Shown here one piece after another: positions 31,401 through 42,539 of a stretch of DNA of 64,000 nt. This DNA is from an uncultured Verrucomicrobiae bacterium (GTDB lineage Bacteria; Verrucomicrobiota; Verrucomicrobiia; Chthoniobacterales; Terrimicrobiaceae). The notes under the pieces were generated by a model, which was not told the origin of the DNA, made no database searches, and saw nothing but the letters and a program-made list of their open reading frames with translations. The stretch covers positions 992,001-1,056,000 of the forward strand of contig CAVPOC010000008.1 of the NCBI GenBank assembly GCA_963706955.1, read 5' to 3'. How positions within the stretch are numbered: position 1 is the first letter of the stretch; each line of letters starts with the position of its first letter. The translations under genes and the position numbers were made by a program.

Positions 31401-31774
31401 TGCCGGGCTCTGAAGCGGGATCGCAGCACAATTTGCCAGCGCGCAGGCGGGCTAATGAAGAAAGGTTTGGAACTAACCTTGGTCCCCTGACCCACCCTTT
31501 TTGGGGGTGGCGAATGATTTGAAAAAAGTGAGGTTTCTCGCTCGACTTCAGCGCAATCGCTCCGATACGGCGTGGTTCCCGCCTGGCTGCTGCTTGCCCG
31601 CCCGATGAGCAAAGGGAGAAATCTTCACCGAATCACTCGCGGCTTTGGCCAGCGGTTTGAAAAGAACTGGTCAAGGGAGTCCGGAGCATTTTCGCTTTCG
31701 AGAAATAGAACCGGCTTTGACCTGGAGTCGCTAAACCGACCCCTTAAGACGATGAACACTTCTAACCTGACCGT

Positions 31775-31931
31775 TGGATTCCTCTGCAACGATCAATATT
31801 GCACCCGTTACATAGTGGGCACACGCGGCAAGGGTGAGGCCAATACGGGCACGAACCATCTCGGCTTCCGCTGCGTGAACACGCCGGAGCTTTGGAAAGA
31901 TAGAGTTGTTTTAAACAAGGAGACCTTATGA
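31775..31931 (+). pseudogene. Formylglycine-generating enzyme (SUMF1) C-terminal remnant
   Basis: FLCNDQYCTRYIVGTRGKGEANTGTNHLGFRCV. Confidence 0.8.
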
Positions 31932-32740
31932 AGATGCTTCACCTTTTTTGCCATGGCTTTGCGGTTTTCGTGACCGCCGTTTCGATATTCGCCCAATCAC
32001 ACGAACCCACTCCACCATCAGGTAAGGACTTCAAGAGCATTCTGATTGTGCCCGCCAAAAAAACCAAGCCATGGTCAATCAATTTCGCTCCCTATGGCTG
32101 GGTGACGGCGGTGGATGGAACGATCACCCTGCGGGGAATCACAACGGACGTGCATGAATCCGCCATCGAGACTCTCAAAAGCCTCGACTTCGCGTTTATG
32201 GCCGCTGCGGAAATCCGCTATAAACGCTGGGGGATCCTGGGCGACTTTATCTACGCAAAGACGTCGAGCCTCTCAGCCACGCCGCGTGACATTCTGTTCT
32301 CCAGTGCGACCGCGGACTTGGAAGAATTTATCGGAACCTTCTTGCTTGAATATCGAGCCTTTGAGGCAAAGTGGGGTTTCCTCGATGTGCTTGCCGGCGC
32401 ACGGGTCTATGCCTTTACGACCAGCTTGCATCTGCAGGGAAACCTTCTTCCGGACCTCGACATCACCCGTCACGTTAGCTGGGTCGATCCCATCATCGGG
32501 ATGAAAGGCCGAATCCAGATTTCGCACTGGTTTTTTATCAATGCCTACGGCGACGTGGGAGGATTCGGAGCGGGATCGGAATTCACGTGGCAGGCGCTTT
32601 TGGGTTCAGGTATCCAGGTTTCCAGGTGGTTTGCGCTCATTGCCGGCTATCGCGCACTTGGATACGACTTTCGGCAGAACGACACCAAACTCGATCTCAT
32701 CTCGCACGGTCCCTACGCAGGTATTGAAATCACCTTCTAG
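31928..32740 (+). CDS. Putative outer-membrane beta-barrel protein
   Basis: Signal peptide; PYGW, WVDPIIG, YGDVGGFGAGS..TWQ, GYRAL; terminal F. Confidence 0.8.
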   Translation: MKMLHLFCHGFAVFVTAVSIFAQSHEPTPPSGKDFKSILIVPAKKTKPWSINFAPYGWVTAVDGTITLRGITTDVHESAIETLKSLDFAFMAAAEIRYKRWGILGDFIYAKTSSLSATPRDILFSSATADLEEFIGTFLLEYRAFEAKWGFLDVLAGARVYAFTTSLHLQGNLLPDLDITRHVSWVDPIIGMKGRIQISHWFFINAYGDVGGFGAGSEFTWQALLGSGIQVSRWFALIAGYRALGYDFRQNDTKLDLISHGPYAGIEITF

Positions 32741-32937
32741 TCCCTTAAGCGGAGTCGGATTGTGGCCGTTTCACGTGCTCATGTTTCATCTCACCGCGCC
32801 CGCAAATGGCGTCCCGCTTTGCCCGGTGAATACGCGAATTTTGCTGCGCGTGCGTCAATGGTCCCAGATGCGATCGTGGCCCAAGCGATAGTGATCCAAT
32901 TCATTGACTGACTCCAACCAAGGCGAACACGCCAGCT

Positions 32938-33334
32938 ATGAAAAAATGCTCACCCACTTGTGGAAAGTTCTCGTCGGTCAGTTGCACGGACCCCTGTCGT
33001 TTCGACTGTCCTCCAACCCAGCGTGGCCGTAAATCCTCGCGATCCGCGCCGGATTGAGAGACGCGCGGGCGGGTCGGCGCCCCTATTTCTGGACAGTTCT
33101 AATGGATCTGGATCATCGAAAAGACCTCTTGCGCGAAGGCTGGAAGGATGTGTGCAAGGTTTTCGTCGTCGCTGTGGCCCTGGACGCGATCTGCCAGCTC
33201 ATCGTTTTCGCTGGCTCTATCCTAGCGAAGCGCTGTTGGTCGCGACCGTCCTAGCCATTCTTCCGTATCTGGTGGTTCGCGGCCCGGTCAACCGCATAGC
33301 GAGCTATAGAACCAAAGACTCGAACGCGCGGTAG
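32938..33334 (+). pseudogene. Conserved-looking hypothetical membrane protein, frameshifted
   Basis: Fragments HGPLSFRL / AIRAGLRDARAGRRPYFW..EGWKDV / LAILPYLVVRGPVNRIA in different frames. Confidence 0.65.
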
Positions 33335-33423
33335 AGGAATCAATTTCCATTTGGACTGCCTAATATGGTCCGATTCATTGTGTTTGGGGCAGCGAGCGAA
33401 AACATCTACTTCCACAAACTGCG

Positions 33424-35795
33424 ATGCACCGAGTAATTCGAATCGTTTGCCTCATTGTCCTGGCCTTGGCTTCAAGCGGCGCCAGGGCATCAGGCCAGCA
33501 AGCTTCTGCCTCACCGGCGAAACCGACTCCGGCGCCCACACCCATCCCACTAGCCAAATACATTTGGAAGCGCAGTCCGCGCTTACCACTCTCCAAGAGA
33601 TCGACGCAAACGTGTCGGGGAATCAGTCAAGCGCGGACGCCATCGGCCGCACGCTCTCGGACCTGACAAGTGAAATCGATGCAAGAATCGCTGACGACAC
33701 GAGGCTCCTGACGACTAGTCCGTCCCTCGACATGCTTTATCGGCTCAAGCGTACCTGGCAACATTTTGGCGTTCGTTTGTCGGTATCAGCTCGCGAGCTG
33801 ACACAGCACGCCAGAAGTTTGGAAGAGCAACTCGCGCGGCTGGATAAGTTGAACAAGACCTGGCAGGCAACGCTCCAATCGGCAAAACAGCCCGAAACGC
33901 CCCCTTCAGTCTTGCAGCGGGTGCAGAGTGTATTCGACTCCATTGAGCGGACGCGACAGGCGGCCGAATCCGGCCGAGACCATGTTTTGACGTTGCAGAG
34001 CCTGCTTTCCGAGGAGGAAGCCCGTATACGAACAACTCTATCTTCAATCGAGCAGGTAGAAACTCGGGCATTGAAAAATATTTTTGTCAGAGATAGCCCA
34101 CCCATCTGGAGCCTTGAGACCAGTCTGGGCACTGAGTGGGAGAAGTACAGTGGCGAGTCGTTTTCTTCGCAACTGGAAACATCCACCGCGTTCACTAAAC
34201 GATTCCCTTTTGCCTTCCTGATCCACGCTCTTTTCATTGTGCTGATGGCTTCCGCGCTTCACTGGATGCGGCGCAGAATACGAAAATTTGCGGAGGAAAA
34301 ACCGGATCTACAGCGCGCTCTGCCGATACTCGATCTCCCCGTCTCAACTGCCTTCGCGCTTTCAATGCTCGTCGTACCCTTAATCTACGCGCAAGCTCCC
34401 CGCTTGATTCATGCAATCATGGGAGCCGTAACGCTTATCCCAGCCGCAGTGATTCTCCGACGATTATTGGAACGTCATTCGTATCCAATCCTCAACGCGA
34501 TCGTCATCATGTATTTCGTTGGTCAACTCCGAATACTCGAGGCGTCTCTACCGGTGTTGGCCAGGTTCATATTTCTCGCCCAAGTGCTCGGCGCGGCTGT
34601 CTTTCTTGTCTGGGTGCTTCGGAGTTGGCGCCTACCGGCGGAAGCTACTGAAACCCACGGCCGCATTTGGCGAACGATCCGAGCGATCGCCAAAATCGGG
34701 CTTATTCTTTTGCCGGCGGCGTTTCTCGCAAATATTTTCGGATACGTCAACTTTGGGAACCTTTTGGGAATCGTTTTTCTCAGGAGCGTTTACATCGCGG
34801 CCATGCTCTACACCGTCATTCGGATCATCGAAGGATTGATTACTATTGCCCTGCAGGTCCGACCACTTGGCTCCTTGCGAGTCATTAGTCTGCATCGCCC
34901 GATGCTGCAGCGGCGGATGTGCCGCGGACTCGAGTTTTTGGCTTTTTTGTTCTGGTTGAGCCTACTACTGAGCTTTTTCGGTCTACTAACTCCGTTGATC
35001 GCGACGATTGAAGCGGCGCTGAACGCGAACCTCGCGATCGGCTCCTTCAGCATTACTCCGGGCCATATCCTGGCATTCCTGATCACGGTTTGGGCTTCTT
35101 TTCTGGTCTCGAAATTCTTGCGTTTTCTGCTGGAAGAAGACGTCTATCATCATTTGCACCTCGCACGTGGCATTCCGTACGCGATCTCGACTGTGCTTCA
35201 CTATGTCATCCTGCTCCTGGGATTCTTCGTCGGCTTGGGAGCGCTTGGCATTGATCTGACAAAGGTTACGATCCTGGCTGGAGCTTTCAGCGTGGGGATC
35301 GGATTTGGATTACAAAACGTGATCAATAACTTTGTGTCCGGCCTGATTCTGCTTTTTGAACGTCCGATCAAAGTCGGTGACGCCATCGAGGTAGGTGGCA
35401 ATGTGGGAGAGGTCAGCCGCATCGGCATCCGGGCCAGCGTCATTCGCACCGCGGACGGTTCGGAAGTCATCGTGCCGAACGGATCGCTCATCTCGAGTCA
35501 GGTGACTAACTGGACCTTCTCGGATCGAAAGCGCGCGGTCGAAGTCTCCGTCAGCGTGGTCGGAGGCTCCGATCCCCAACGCGTGGTTGAATTGTTGAAA
35601 CGTACTGCCGCTGCTCATCCTGGTGTAACAAAAGAACCGTCGCCGCAAGTCTACGTAATGAACTTCAGCGCCGGTGCGGTGACCTTTCAGCTTCGGGCTT
35701 GGACGGATCGCCATCAGGAATGGGCTCAGCTGCGAAGCGATCTCTCCGTCGCCATCAATAACACCTTGAAGAGTGAAAACATTGCAATCGCATGA
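33424..35795 (+). CDS. MscS-family mechanosensitive channel (MscK-like, large periplasmic domain); frameshift after the signal peptide
   Basis: GAFSVGIGFGLQNVINNFVSGLILLFERPIKVGD, VPNG; signal peptide MHRVIRIVCLIVLALA in a different frame at 33424. Confidence 0.88.
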
Positions 35796-35850
35796 TGGGG
35801 TGCCAGCAGGAGCCATGCAAACACTTGCTCTAAGCCACCTCCAAACGCGG

Positions 35851-37504
35851 TCATCGCAGAATGGGTTTCACTACCCGGCATTTCATCTCGGTCGTCGAAG
35901 TTTTCCACATCCCGAGAAGCACACTGCACGAGTTCTCAAGACTGCCGGATTCCTTTCCGTCGTAGAGGCTCACCTCACGGATCTCCTCCTCGGTGTTGGC
36001 CTCGTTCCGGTTCTTGCGGACGATCTGCGATAGGATGACTGCGATCAGATTCCACTTTTTGGCGATGCGCTTGGTTTCCTCGCACGCCTCGCTCACCCGT
36101 TCATACCGGTTGCCCTTTGATGAGTTGGATGTAGTCGATCACTACGACGCGAGGCACGCTTCCCAGTTTGGCCGATGAACGAGAGACAAGCTCGTCGATC
36201 TGCTTCATGCTCATGCTGCGGGTCGAGACCAGAAGGTTGCTCATCTTTCCGTCCGAGCGCCAATCGACCCGATCTCCCTTCCGGTAACGGTGATGAACCT
36301 CTGTGGTGTCGATGCCGGTCGCGATTGCCGCACCTCGCTCGAACATGAGAGGACCCGAAATCTCGAGCTGACAGAAAAGCGCGGCCAGGCGCGGATTGCA
36401 GGCCAAGATGTTCTGCGCCGCCGCGCTTTTGAGTTGTCCAGTCCCGGCGATGATGCCTAGGACGTCGCCTGGGATAAGCGGACGGATGTTCAGCCCGGGC
36501 AGCCAGTTTCCCAAGGAGAGCGACACCTCACTGAATGATTCGACCTCGGTGATGTATTGCTGCTCAAGCTCGGCCATCGTGTAAGCCTCGATGTCCACGC
36601 CTTTGTCGATCAATCGCGCTTTGACCTGGAGATCAGCGAGGAGGTCTAGAAAGCCTTCGCCTTGACAGTGGCTGCGCAGATCAGTGATGTCTTTAACCAG
36701 TCTCCCGTTGTGTTCTTTGGGAAGTTCGATCCACTTAACCCACTCGACGATTCCCTCCAAGGACTTCAGCACTTCGCGGCCGTGCTTTTGCCCAAGCTCA
36801 TCATTGTCGGCCGCAATGTAGACGTGCTTTCCTTTGAGATATTCCGAAAACGCGGGAAGCCACTTTCCAGCGCCGCCCGGATTACATGTCGCGACCTGTC
36901 CGATGGCACGCAGGGTTTCGACGTCCTTCTCGCCCTCGACGATCCACACGGAGGCCGGACTCGCTAGCAATTCGGGCAGGCGATAAGGCAGGCGCTCGAC
37001 CCCTTCCATGTTCCAGACGCGTTGGCCATCAACGAGCCGGCATTGTTTGAAGGTTTTAGGCTCATAGCGCACGACCTGGTAGACAGCCTTGCCAGTTGCG
37101 TCCTGGTAGTCGTAGGCGGCAATCTCCCGAGCAGGCGCCTGATCCTTTTTGTGCTGGGTTTCCGCTAAGGCTGGCTTTGACGGCGCCGGACCGCGCGACC
37201 CATTCGAACCGTGGCTCACGCCTCGGTGCGGACTCAAGTCTCGCATCGCCTCTCCGATCGAGAGCCCCCGCAGCTTAGCGTGCAGGTCGATAACGCTGCC
37301 TCTGGTATTGCAGCCAAAGCAGCGCCAGAGATTCTTGTCGGGATAGATTGTGAAGCTTGGCGTATCCTCGTTATGCAGGGGGCATAGGCATTTCCACCGG
37401 CGCCCATCTCGCCTGAGCTGCCAGCCGCATTCTTGGCAGTAACCCAGCAGCGGGTTGGCGGCGATGATGTCTTCGCGTGAGTGTTCGTATTCGGTGGTGT
37501 TCAT
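35851..37504 (-). CDS. CHC2 zinc finger-TOPRIM primase-DnaB-like helicase fusion, frameshift near 36110
   Basis: CPLHNEDTPSF..CFGC, IVEGEKD, ADND, GTGQLKS, VVIDYIQL; continues GNRYERVSEACEE..ILSQ..ESGSLEN in the next frame. Confidence 0.88.
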
Positions 37505-38430
37505 TTCCTAACCTTCAGATGAAAGATTCCGGCTCTTTGCGGCGCGAGACGGTCCGAGCCGGGGTTGTCGTATTTGCCTTCAATGACCTTCTCGATCGTT
37601 CCGGGCTTAAGAAACCAATCGAAGTCCGCCTTCCATCCTCTGTCGTTCTCACCCAGGCAAAATCGTGACTCAGATATCTTCGCGACCGCCTCTGGGAAGT
37701 GTTCAACGAAAAAGGCGTCCTGAGTTCTTGCGGCGAGCCCCCTTCTCCTTTTGTCGCTGAGGTTTCTGATTCTGGGCAACCCTGGCGCTGCGCACCATGC
37801 TGCAACAACGTCGTCGGCTACGAGATCGACTCCTTGCTGAATTTGAACCTTGCCGACTCCGGCCTTGGGCTCCGATGGCTGAACCTGAGGGAGCGAGGCA
37901 GATGAGTTTTGCGAATCTGGCTGTGTGTCAGCTAGCCGATGCGCTCTCTCCGGTTCTTGGCTCGTTCCTGGTTCGTTCTTGGAGGAGTTATTGGTAATTC
38001 TCGGTGAAACGCTCGATTTCGACCTTTCACCTAACCTTAGGTTAATTGCACCTAACGTTGCGCTATTTTCACCGAACAGGGTTGAAACTGTATACTGGCT
38101 TGGCGCGAGTTCCTTTGTCCCGGCAACTTGTCTTTGTTCGATAGTGCAGAGACCAGTGGCTTCGACAAGTTTGAGAGCTCTTGCCGCCTCGCTATATCCG
38201 TAACACATGTCCTTTGCGATTTGAGCAATGCTCCGGACAAAGACAATCGAACCCTCTAGGTTGGCAATTCGAAGGAGGGTGATGAAGCAGGCCTTAGCCT
38301 TCCTCCTTGCGCCCTCGCGATCGAACGTGCGTTCAATCATCCGTAGGGCTTCCTCGGAAACAGCAAACCATCCGCAGTGAGCTTTTGCGGGCTTGTCGAA
38401 AGGCAGTTCGCCTGGGGGGAGTTCGTTCAT
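37501..38430 (-). CDS. Phage-type replication initiator/organiser
   Basis: N-terminal HTH-like SIAQIAKD; C-terminal SRFCLGENDRGWKADFDWFLKP..VIEGKYDN; ATGA overlaps on both sides. Confidence 0.75.
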   Translation of the reverse strand: MNELPPGELPFDKPAKAHCGWFAVSEEALRMIERTFDREGARRKAKACFITLLRIANLEGSIVFVRSIAQIAKDMCYGYSEAARALKLVEATGLCTIEQRQVAGTKELAPSQYTVSTLFGENSATLGAINLRLGERSKSSVSPRITNNSSKNEPGTSQEPERAHRLADTQPDSQNSSASLPQVQPSEPKAGVGKVQIQQGVDLVADDVVAAWCAAPGLPRIRNLSDKRRRGLAARTQDAFFVEHFPEAVAKISESRFCLGENDRGWKADFDWFLKPGTIEKVIEGKYDNPGSDRLAPQRAGIFHLKVRK

Positions 38431-38633
38431 GGCTGGCCCATGTCCTCGTTAGCCAACTTGTCGGCCAAGCGACCCTTGCGCTGTTCAAGCGCCCAGAAGA
38501 TAAACTCGAAAGGCCGTTGCAAAGTCGCGATCATGCGATACTCTGCCCATAGCCTAAGTTTCTGAGAGCGGCGCTGTAGTAGGCGCCGTTTTCGTTTTGG
38601 ACCTGCGCGAGTGTTAAGAGCCTGCGCGCTCAC
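38427..38633 (-). CDS. Small basic hypothetical protein
   Basis: Stop overlaps the rep start (ATGA). Confidence 0.55.
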   Translation of the reverse strand: MSAQALNTRAGPKRKRRLLQRRSQKLRLWAEYRMIATLQRPFEFIFWALEQRKGRLADKLANEDMGQP

Positions 38634-38714
38634 TGGCGGTCATCCTGTTAAGAGGGTCAACAAGAGGTTAAGCTGCTCTTACGAAGGTAGGCTCGGATCT
38701 AATCGCCGCGTTGA

Positions 38715-38930
38715 TTATTTAACCTCGAACTTGCTGAGAAATGCGAGCAACTGATCCGTGCGAAACCGCACCGCCCCGCTCGGCAATTTGCAAAATGGAA
38801 TGCGCTTCTTGCGCATCCAGTCGTCGAGCGTTCTCGGTTTGATTCTAAGAAATTCAGCCGCCTCTGGTTTCGTCCGAACCGCGCCGTTATTAGCTACATG
38901 AGTAATGTCCACGCGCAGAGTCTCGCACAT
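38715..38930 (-). CDS. Excisionase-like HTH_17 protein
   Basis: TKPEAAEFLRIKPRTLDDWMRKKRIPFCKL..VRF. Confidence 0.85.
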   Translation of the reverse strand: MCETLRVDITHVANNGAVRTKPEAAEFLRIKPRTLDDWMRKKRIPFCKLPSGAVRFRTDQLLAFLSKFEVK

Positions 38931-39663
38931 CTGCGCAGGCTAAAAATAGTGGGACAGGAAATTTCTTTAAGTCTGTCCCTATTCCAAAAACAGGGAAGAC
39001 TCCTCGCCACCATTCGAAAAGGCGATTCCATTGCCTCTCGACGCTCCTTGGAGCGCCGGAGTATTCGTATCCAAGGGCCTCTAAATGGGCTCGAATTTCG
39101 ACTGTCATTGGGAATTTGAGCGTCCTTGCCAGACAATCCAAAGTATAGTCTAAGGCAATCAATTTCATCGCGCCTTCCTTTGACAGAGAGGATTGCCTCT
39201 TGCTTGTTCGGTCGAACCTGTCTAAAGCGAGATTCAAATCATCCCTCAAATCCGATACCGAATCCCGGCTGGGAGGATCGACGGAAACGCCAATCAGTTC
39301 GATGACTGCGCGCCCAATAGCCGCATATGACTTCTCGTTCGCCAGTCCTGCGCGACGAAGCTTTGCTCCAGTTGCTATGCGCCTAAGCAAATCAAGAATC
39401 AGGGCGTGCCTGCGCTTGTTGAAACGCTTCAGATCATCGCCGTTCAATTTGCTTTCGATGCGAATGCGCTCCTCTAAAATACGTTCAGAAGGTTCAATCA
39501 CCGTGCCGGACGGTGTCTCAAAAACCTGCGCTACTCCACGGAAATCCTCCAATCGCTTTGCCCTCTTGTCGGCTTTAGCTCCGCCCGCAATTCGGTGCTG
39601 TTCAGCAGCAATATCCGCAAAGAATACCCTTCTCAGATTTGGGCTTTCCTCCTGCGCACTCAT
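38890..39663 (-). CDS. Hypothetical protein coupled to the integrase
   Basis: Long ORF with an ATGA overlap with the integrase stop. Confidence 0.65.
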   Translation of the reverse strand: MSAQEESPNLRRVFFADIAAEQHRIAGGAKADKRAKRLEDFRGVAQVFETPSGTVIEPSERILEERIRIESKLNGDDLKRFNKRRHALILDLLRRIATGAKLRRAGLANEKSYAAIGRAVIELIGVSVDPPSRDSVSDLRDDLNLALDRFDRTSKRQSSLSKEGAMKLIALDYTLDCLARTLKFPMTVEIRAHLEALGYEYSGAPRSVERQWNRLFEWWRGVFPVFGIGTDLKKFPVPLFLACADVRDSARGHYSCS

Positions 39664-40912
39664 GATGCCAGCCTCACCACGTTGCCAGCCTCGGCATTCG
39701 CGGGCACTATGCCGAACCACTGCGCCGCTTCGCTCTCGGTGCAGAGCTCGCGGTAGTGCGCGAAGATCATTCGCGCGGAGTTGCCTGCCTCAAGCGCGAC
39801 AGCGGCGATGTCCTTGGTCTTTGCCAGCCGGTAGGAAATGAAGCTGTGCCTAAGACCGTTGGCTTTCCATGCAAAGCCGACCTTCGCGGCTGCCGACTTC
39901 TGATCTGCGAAGTATCTGTTCGAGGACCTGGGCCACAGCCTCTCGTCTCCATTCCGAGGCGCTACTCTAAGCCAAGCGGCCAGATTCTCCGAGATCGGTA
40001 TCAGCCTACGCGACGCAGTCTTTGCCTGCTTTGCTCTGATCTCGATGTTGCCAGGTCGCCGTTCCAAATCGCGCCACGTGAGCCGAAAGAGTTCCTCGGT
40101 GCGCACTCCGGCGAACGCTTGAACGGCCAGGCATGTGACGATACGAGAGGACGCCGCGGCAAGAAGTCTGCGCAATTCCTCTGGTGTGAGAATCTCGATC
40201 TCTGAACCTGATCCTGACCGCCTTTCCACCCTCGAGAGTAAGTTGACGTGCGTTGAAAGCCATCCTCTTGCCTGACAGAAGCGAAAGAAGGTCCGCAACA
40301 TCGAGAGATGGTTGTTAAAGCTTCGTGAATGAAGCTTGAGTTCTTCGAGGTAGTCGGCGACGTCTTGCGCGGCAAGCTCACGAACTTCGAGATTGAAAGC
40401 CTTAGCGAAGCCTCCCAGTCGATACCGGATGTCCTTTAGGTAGACGGCGCTCCGTCCTGCTACAATCTTGGCCTGCCGGAAGTCGCCAACCGCGTCTGCC
40501 ACCATCCGGCCAGAAACTCCATTGACGCCATGGCGCATGTAGAAATTGACCGCATCGAGAAGCGAATGGCCTGCCAGTGTCTTCGTCGCTTGCGTATATT
40601 CGTTTGCAGCAACATCAAGCGTTACACCGGTCGACTTAATGGCTTCAAGAGCGTGACCGTAAGTGAGTCGGTCTCTGCCGGTAAGTTGAACCGCATCTAC
40701 ATCACCACGAGCCAGCTGGGCTGCCTTCGCCGTTGCCTCTTCCTTGGCGTCACCCAACGAGCAAAGTTCAACCGCTGTCGCTTTCCGCCCAGGTAGTAGA
40801 CCAGGCGGTAGTAGTCCCCGGAGCGCTTTCGGTCCCGGTAGATCTTCACCACAGATGACCCTGCCTTTACGGCCAGGGGGAACTCTTTTTCGGACTTGGT
40901 CTTGGCGGGCAT
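39660..40912 (-). CDS. Tyrosine recombinase/integrase, frameshift near 40760
   Basis: AGVRTEE, AKT, NGLRHSFISY, EAGNS, AHYR; arm-binding N-terminus MPAKTKS..VVKIYR in another frame. Confidence 0.9.
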
Positions 40913-41017
40913 AATTAGCAAGCAAACGTATGCCGACTGTCCGAAAACTGACCGAAACTGCAACAGATTTCGTTGCGATTGTGATTCAACCTATTGCGCG
41001 ACAGTGATATAAAACAT

Positions 41018-41102
41018 TGCCGGCGGCGGGACTCGAACCCGCACATCCCTCTCGGGACAAGGGATTTTAAGTCCCTTGCGTCTGCCATTTCGCCACGCCG
41101 GC
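41018..41102 (-). tRNA. tRNA-Leu(TAA)
   Basis: GCCGGCG/CGCCGGC acceptor stem, AGGGA-CTTAAAA-TCCCT anticodon arm, long variable arm, GGTTCGAGTCC. Confidence 0.96.
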
Positions 41103-42254
41103 CTCTGTGGGTAAACTTCATTTAAAAGCCGATTCCAAGTTTTGCAATGTTCGCGCGTCAGCCGAGCGCACGCTCTGGTCATTGAAGCGACGCAGATAGC
41201 CGGCGTCAAAAAAGGCCCACATCCCAGTGAACGCGGTGCCAGGCTGCAGGCCACCGACCAACGACCCTTAGCTTTAGCGGAGGGACAAAGGTGTTTCGCC
41301 TACCGGGACTTGCTCAAAATACGGGGGCGCAATAGCCCGTTCCTCGGCTGACGACGTCAACTTCTTGTGCAAACTCGTTCACCCTCTTTTCTCATCAGTA
41401 TTTCCCTATTCATCACTCTCTCCACTCTTTCCGCGGACCGAGACAGCCGGCCTGGTTCGCTGCAGCGTCCGGTTAGGCGGCCCTCATATCCAGAACTGCC
41501 ACCATTTCTTGTTTAACTTGCGCTGCCGATCGGCTTTCTCGTCAGCCACGATCTCTGCGTGAATAGTGTGAATGTGGTCGAGATAAGCTGCGCAAGTTGG
41601 CACGAGCGAACGATGCTTGCCCGTCTTCATCTCGTAAACCAAAACACCCGAATCAGGCTTGGAGGCGTCCACGAAATACATCTCCTCGCCTCCGTCGCTG
41701 CCAATGTAGAATGGTTTGCCGATCTCAGGCGACGAAAACTTCGCGCCGCTCAAATCAATGACTGCATCGAGGCGCTTCGGGAGCATGACCCTCGTCTGCG
41801 AACGAGTCGGGCTCGAACGGGTAGCTGAGAACTGTGGCACGATAAGACGCTGGGAGTGTAAATCCCACGCGTTTCTCGATTCCTGGATGTCTTGCTCAGT
41901 CACGTGTAAGCGACGCCTAACATTATGTCGATAGACTAAGAGCGACTATATCCGGGAGTCGTCAAGACTAAGCGAGTTGTATTTGATCGCAGAGCGAAAC
42001 AGACGCGCGGTTCGCTGCGACAGTCTTTCTAAGTCAAATCAGAATCTATACACCTGCGCTAGCCATCCGTAAGACGCCCCGGTTCCGTTTTCCTGACCAG
42101 GGTCCCAAGTGTCTGTCAACACCGCGGACCGCGGCTGGGCGACACCCTCCAGTTCCTCATTCCCAACTCGCGCCGGCTTTCGTCTTACATGGCCAGTCTC
42201 AGCCGAGGCGAACCCCTTCGATCACTCCCACAACGGAGTCGGTCGAAGCATCCA
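41065..42254. repeat. 1.19-kb direct repeat, copy 1
   Basis: Near-identical to 45684-46875 (about 8 differences by eye). Confidence 0.95.
41484..41903 (-). CDS. SMI1/KNR4-like immunity protein, copy 1, with an internal compensating frameshift pair
   Basis: MTEQDI..; alternate frame EKRVGFTLPASYRATVLSYPF; IGSDGGEEMYFVD; KKWWQFW tail. Confidence 0.75.
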   Translation of the reverse strand: MTEQDIQESRNAWDLHSQRLIVPQFSATRSSPTRSQTRVMLPKRLDAVIDLSGAKFSSPEIGKPFYIGSDGGEEMYFVDASKPDSGVLVYEMKTGKHRSLVPTCAAYLDHIHTIHAEIVADEKADRQRKLNKKWWQFWI

Positions 42255-42539
42255 AGGAAGCGCTTGCGAGACTTTCCCATGAATACCTGGAGACCAGAAA
42301 CGCCAAGCTTCGGGCTCAGACATTCATGGCTGAAACGCAGGCTGCCCGGGCGCGTGGTGAATTGATTCCGAAGAAGGAGGTGAAGGACCTGGTCAGCTAT
42401 GCGTTGGTCTGCGTTCGCCAGAAAACGCTTTTGTCGTATCGAAGCATCACGCAGCTGTTGGTTACTCGGAACCTAATCGCCGCCGAGAACGAACACGCCA
42501 TTTCCCAGGTGATTCTGGAAGAAGCCCACTCACTACTTA

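Larger units (their letters stand above)
35851..41017 (-). mobile_element. Phage-satellite/PICI-like integrative element at the tRNA-Leu 3' end
   Basis: int-hyp-xis-hyp-rep-primase/helicase, all co-oriented, beginning about 105 nt from the tRNA 3' end; no distal att found. Confidence 0.8.

Noticed and set aside
18050..35850. Distal att (tRNA-Leu 3' fragment) for the satellite
   Set aside because: No copy of the tRNA-Leu 3' end was found by eye, so the left boundary is not called
41142..41351. 69-aa ORF identical in both repeat copies, with three synonymous differences
   Set aside because: Too few transitions to show selection; no recognisable protein; overlaps the likely tRNA promoter region
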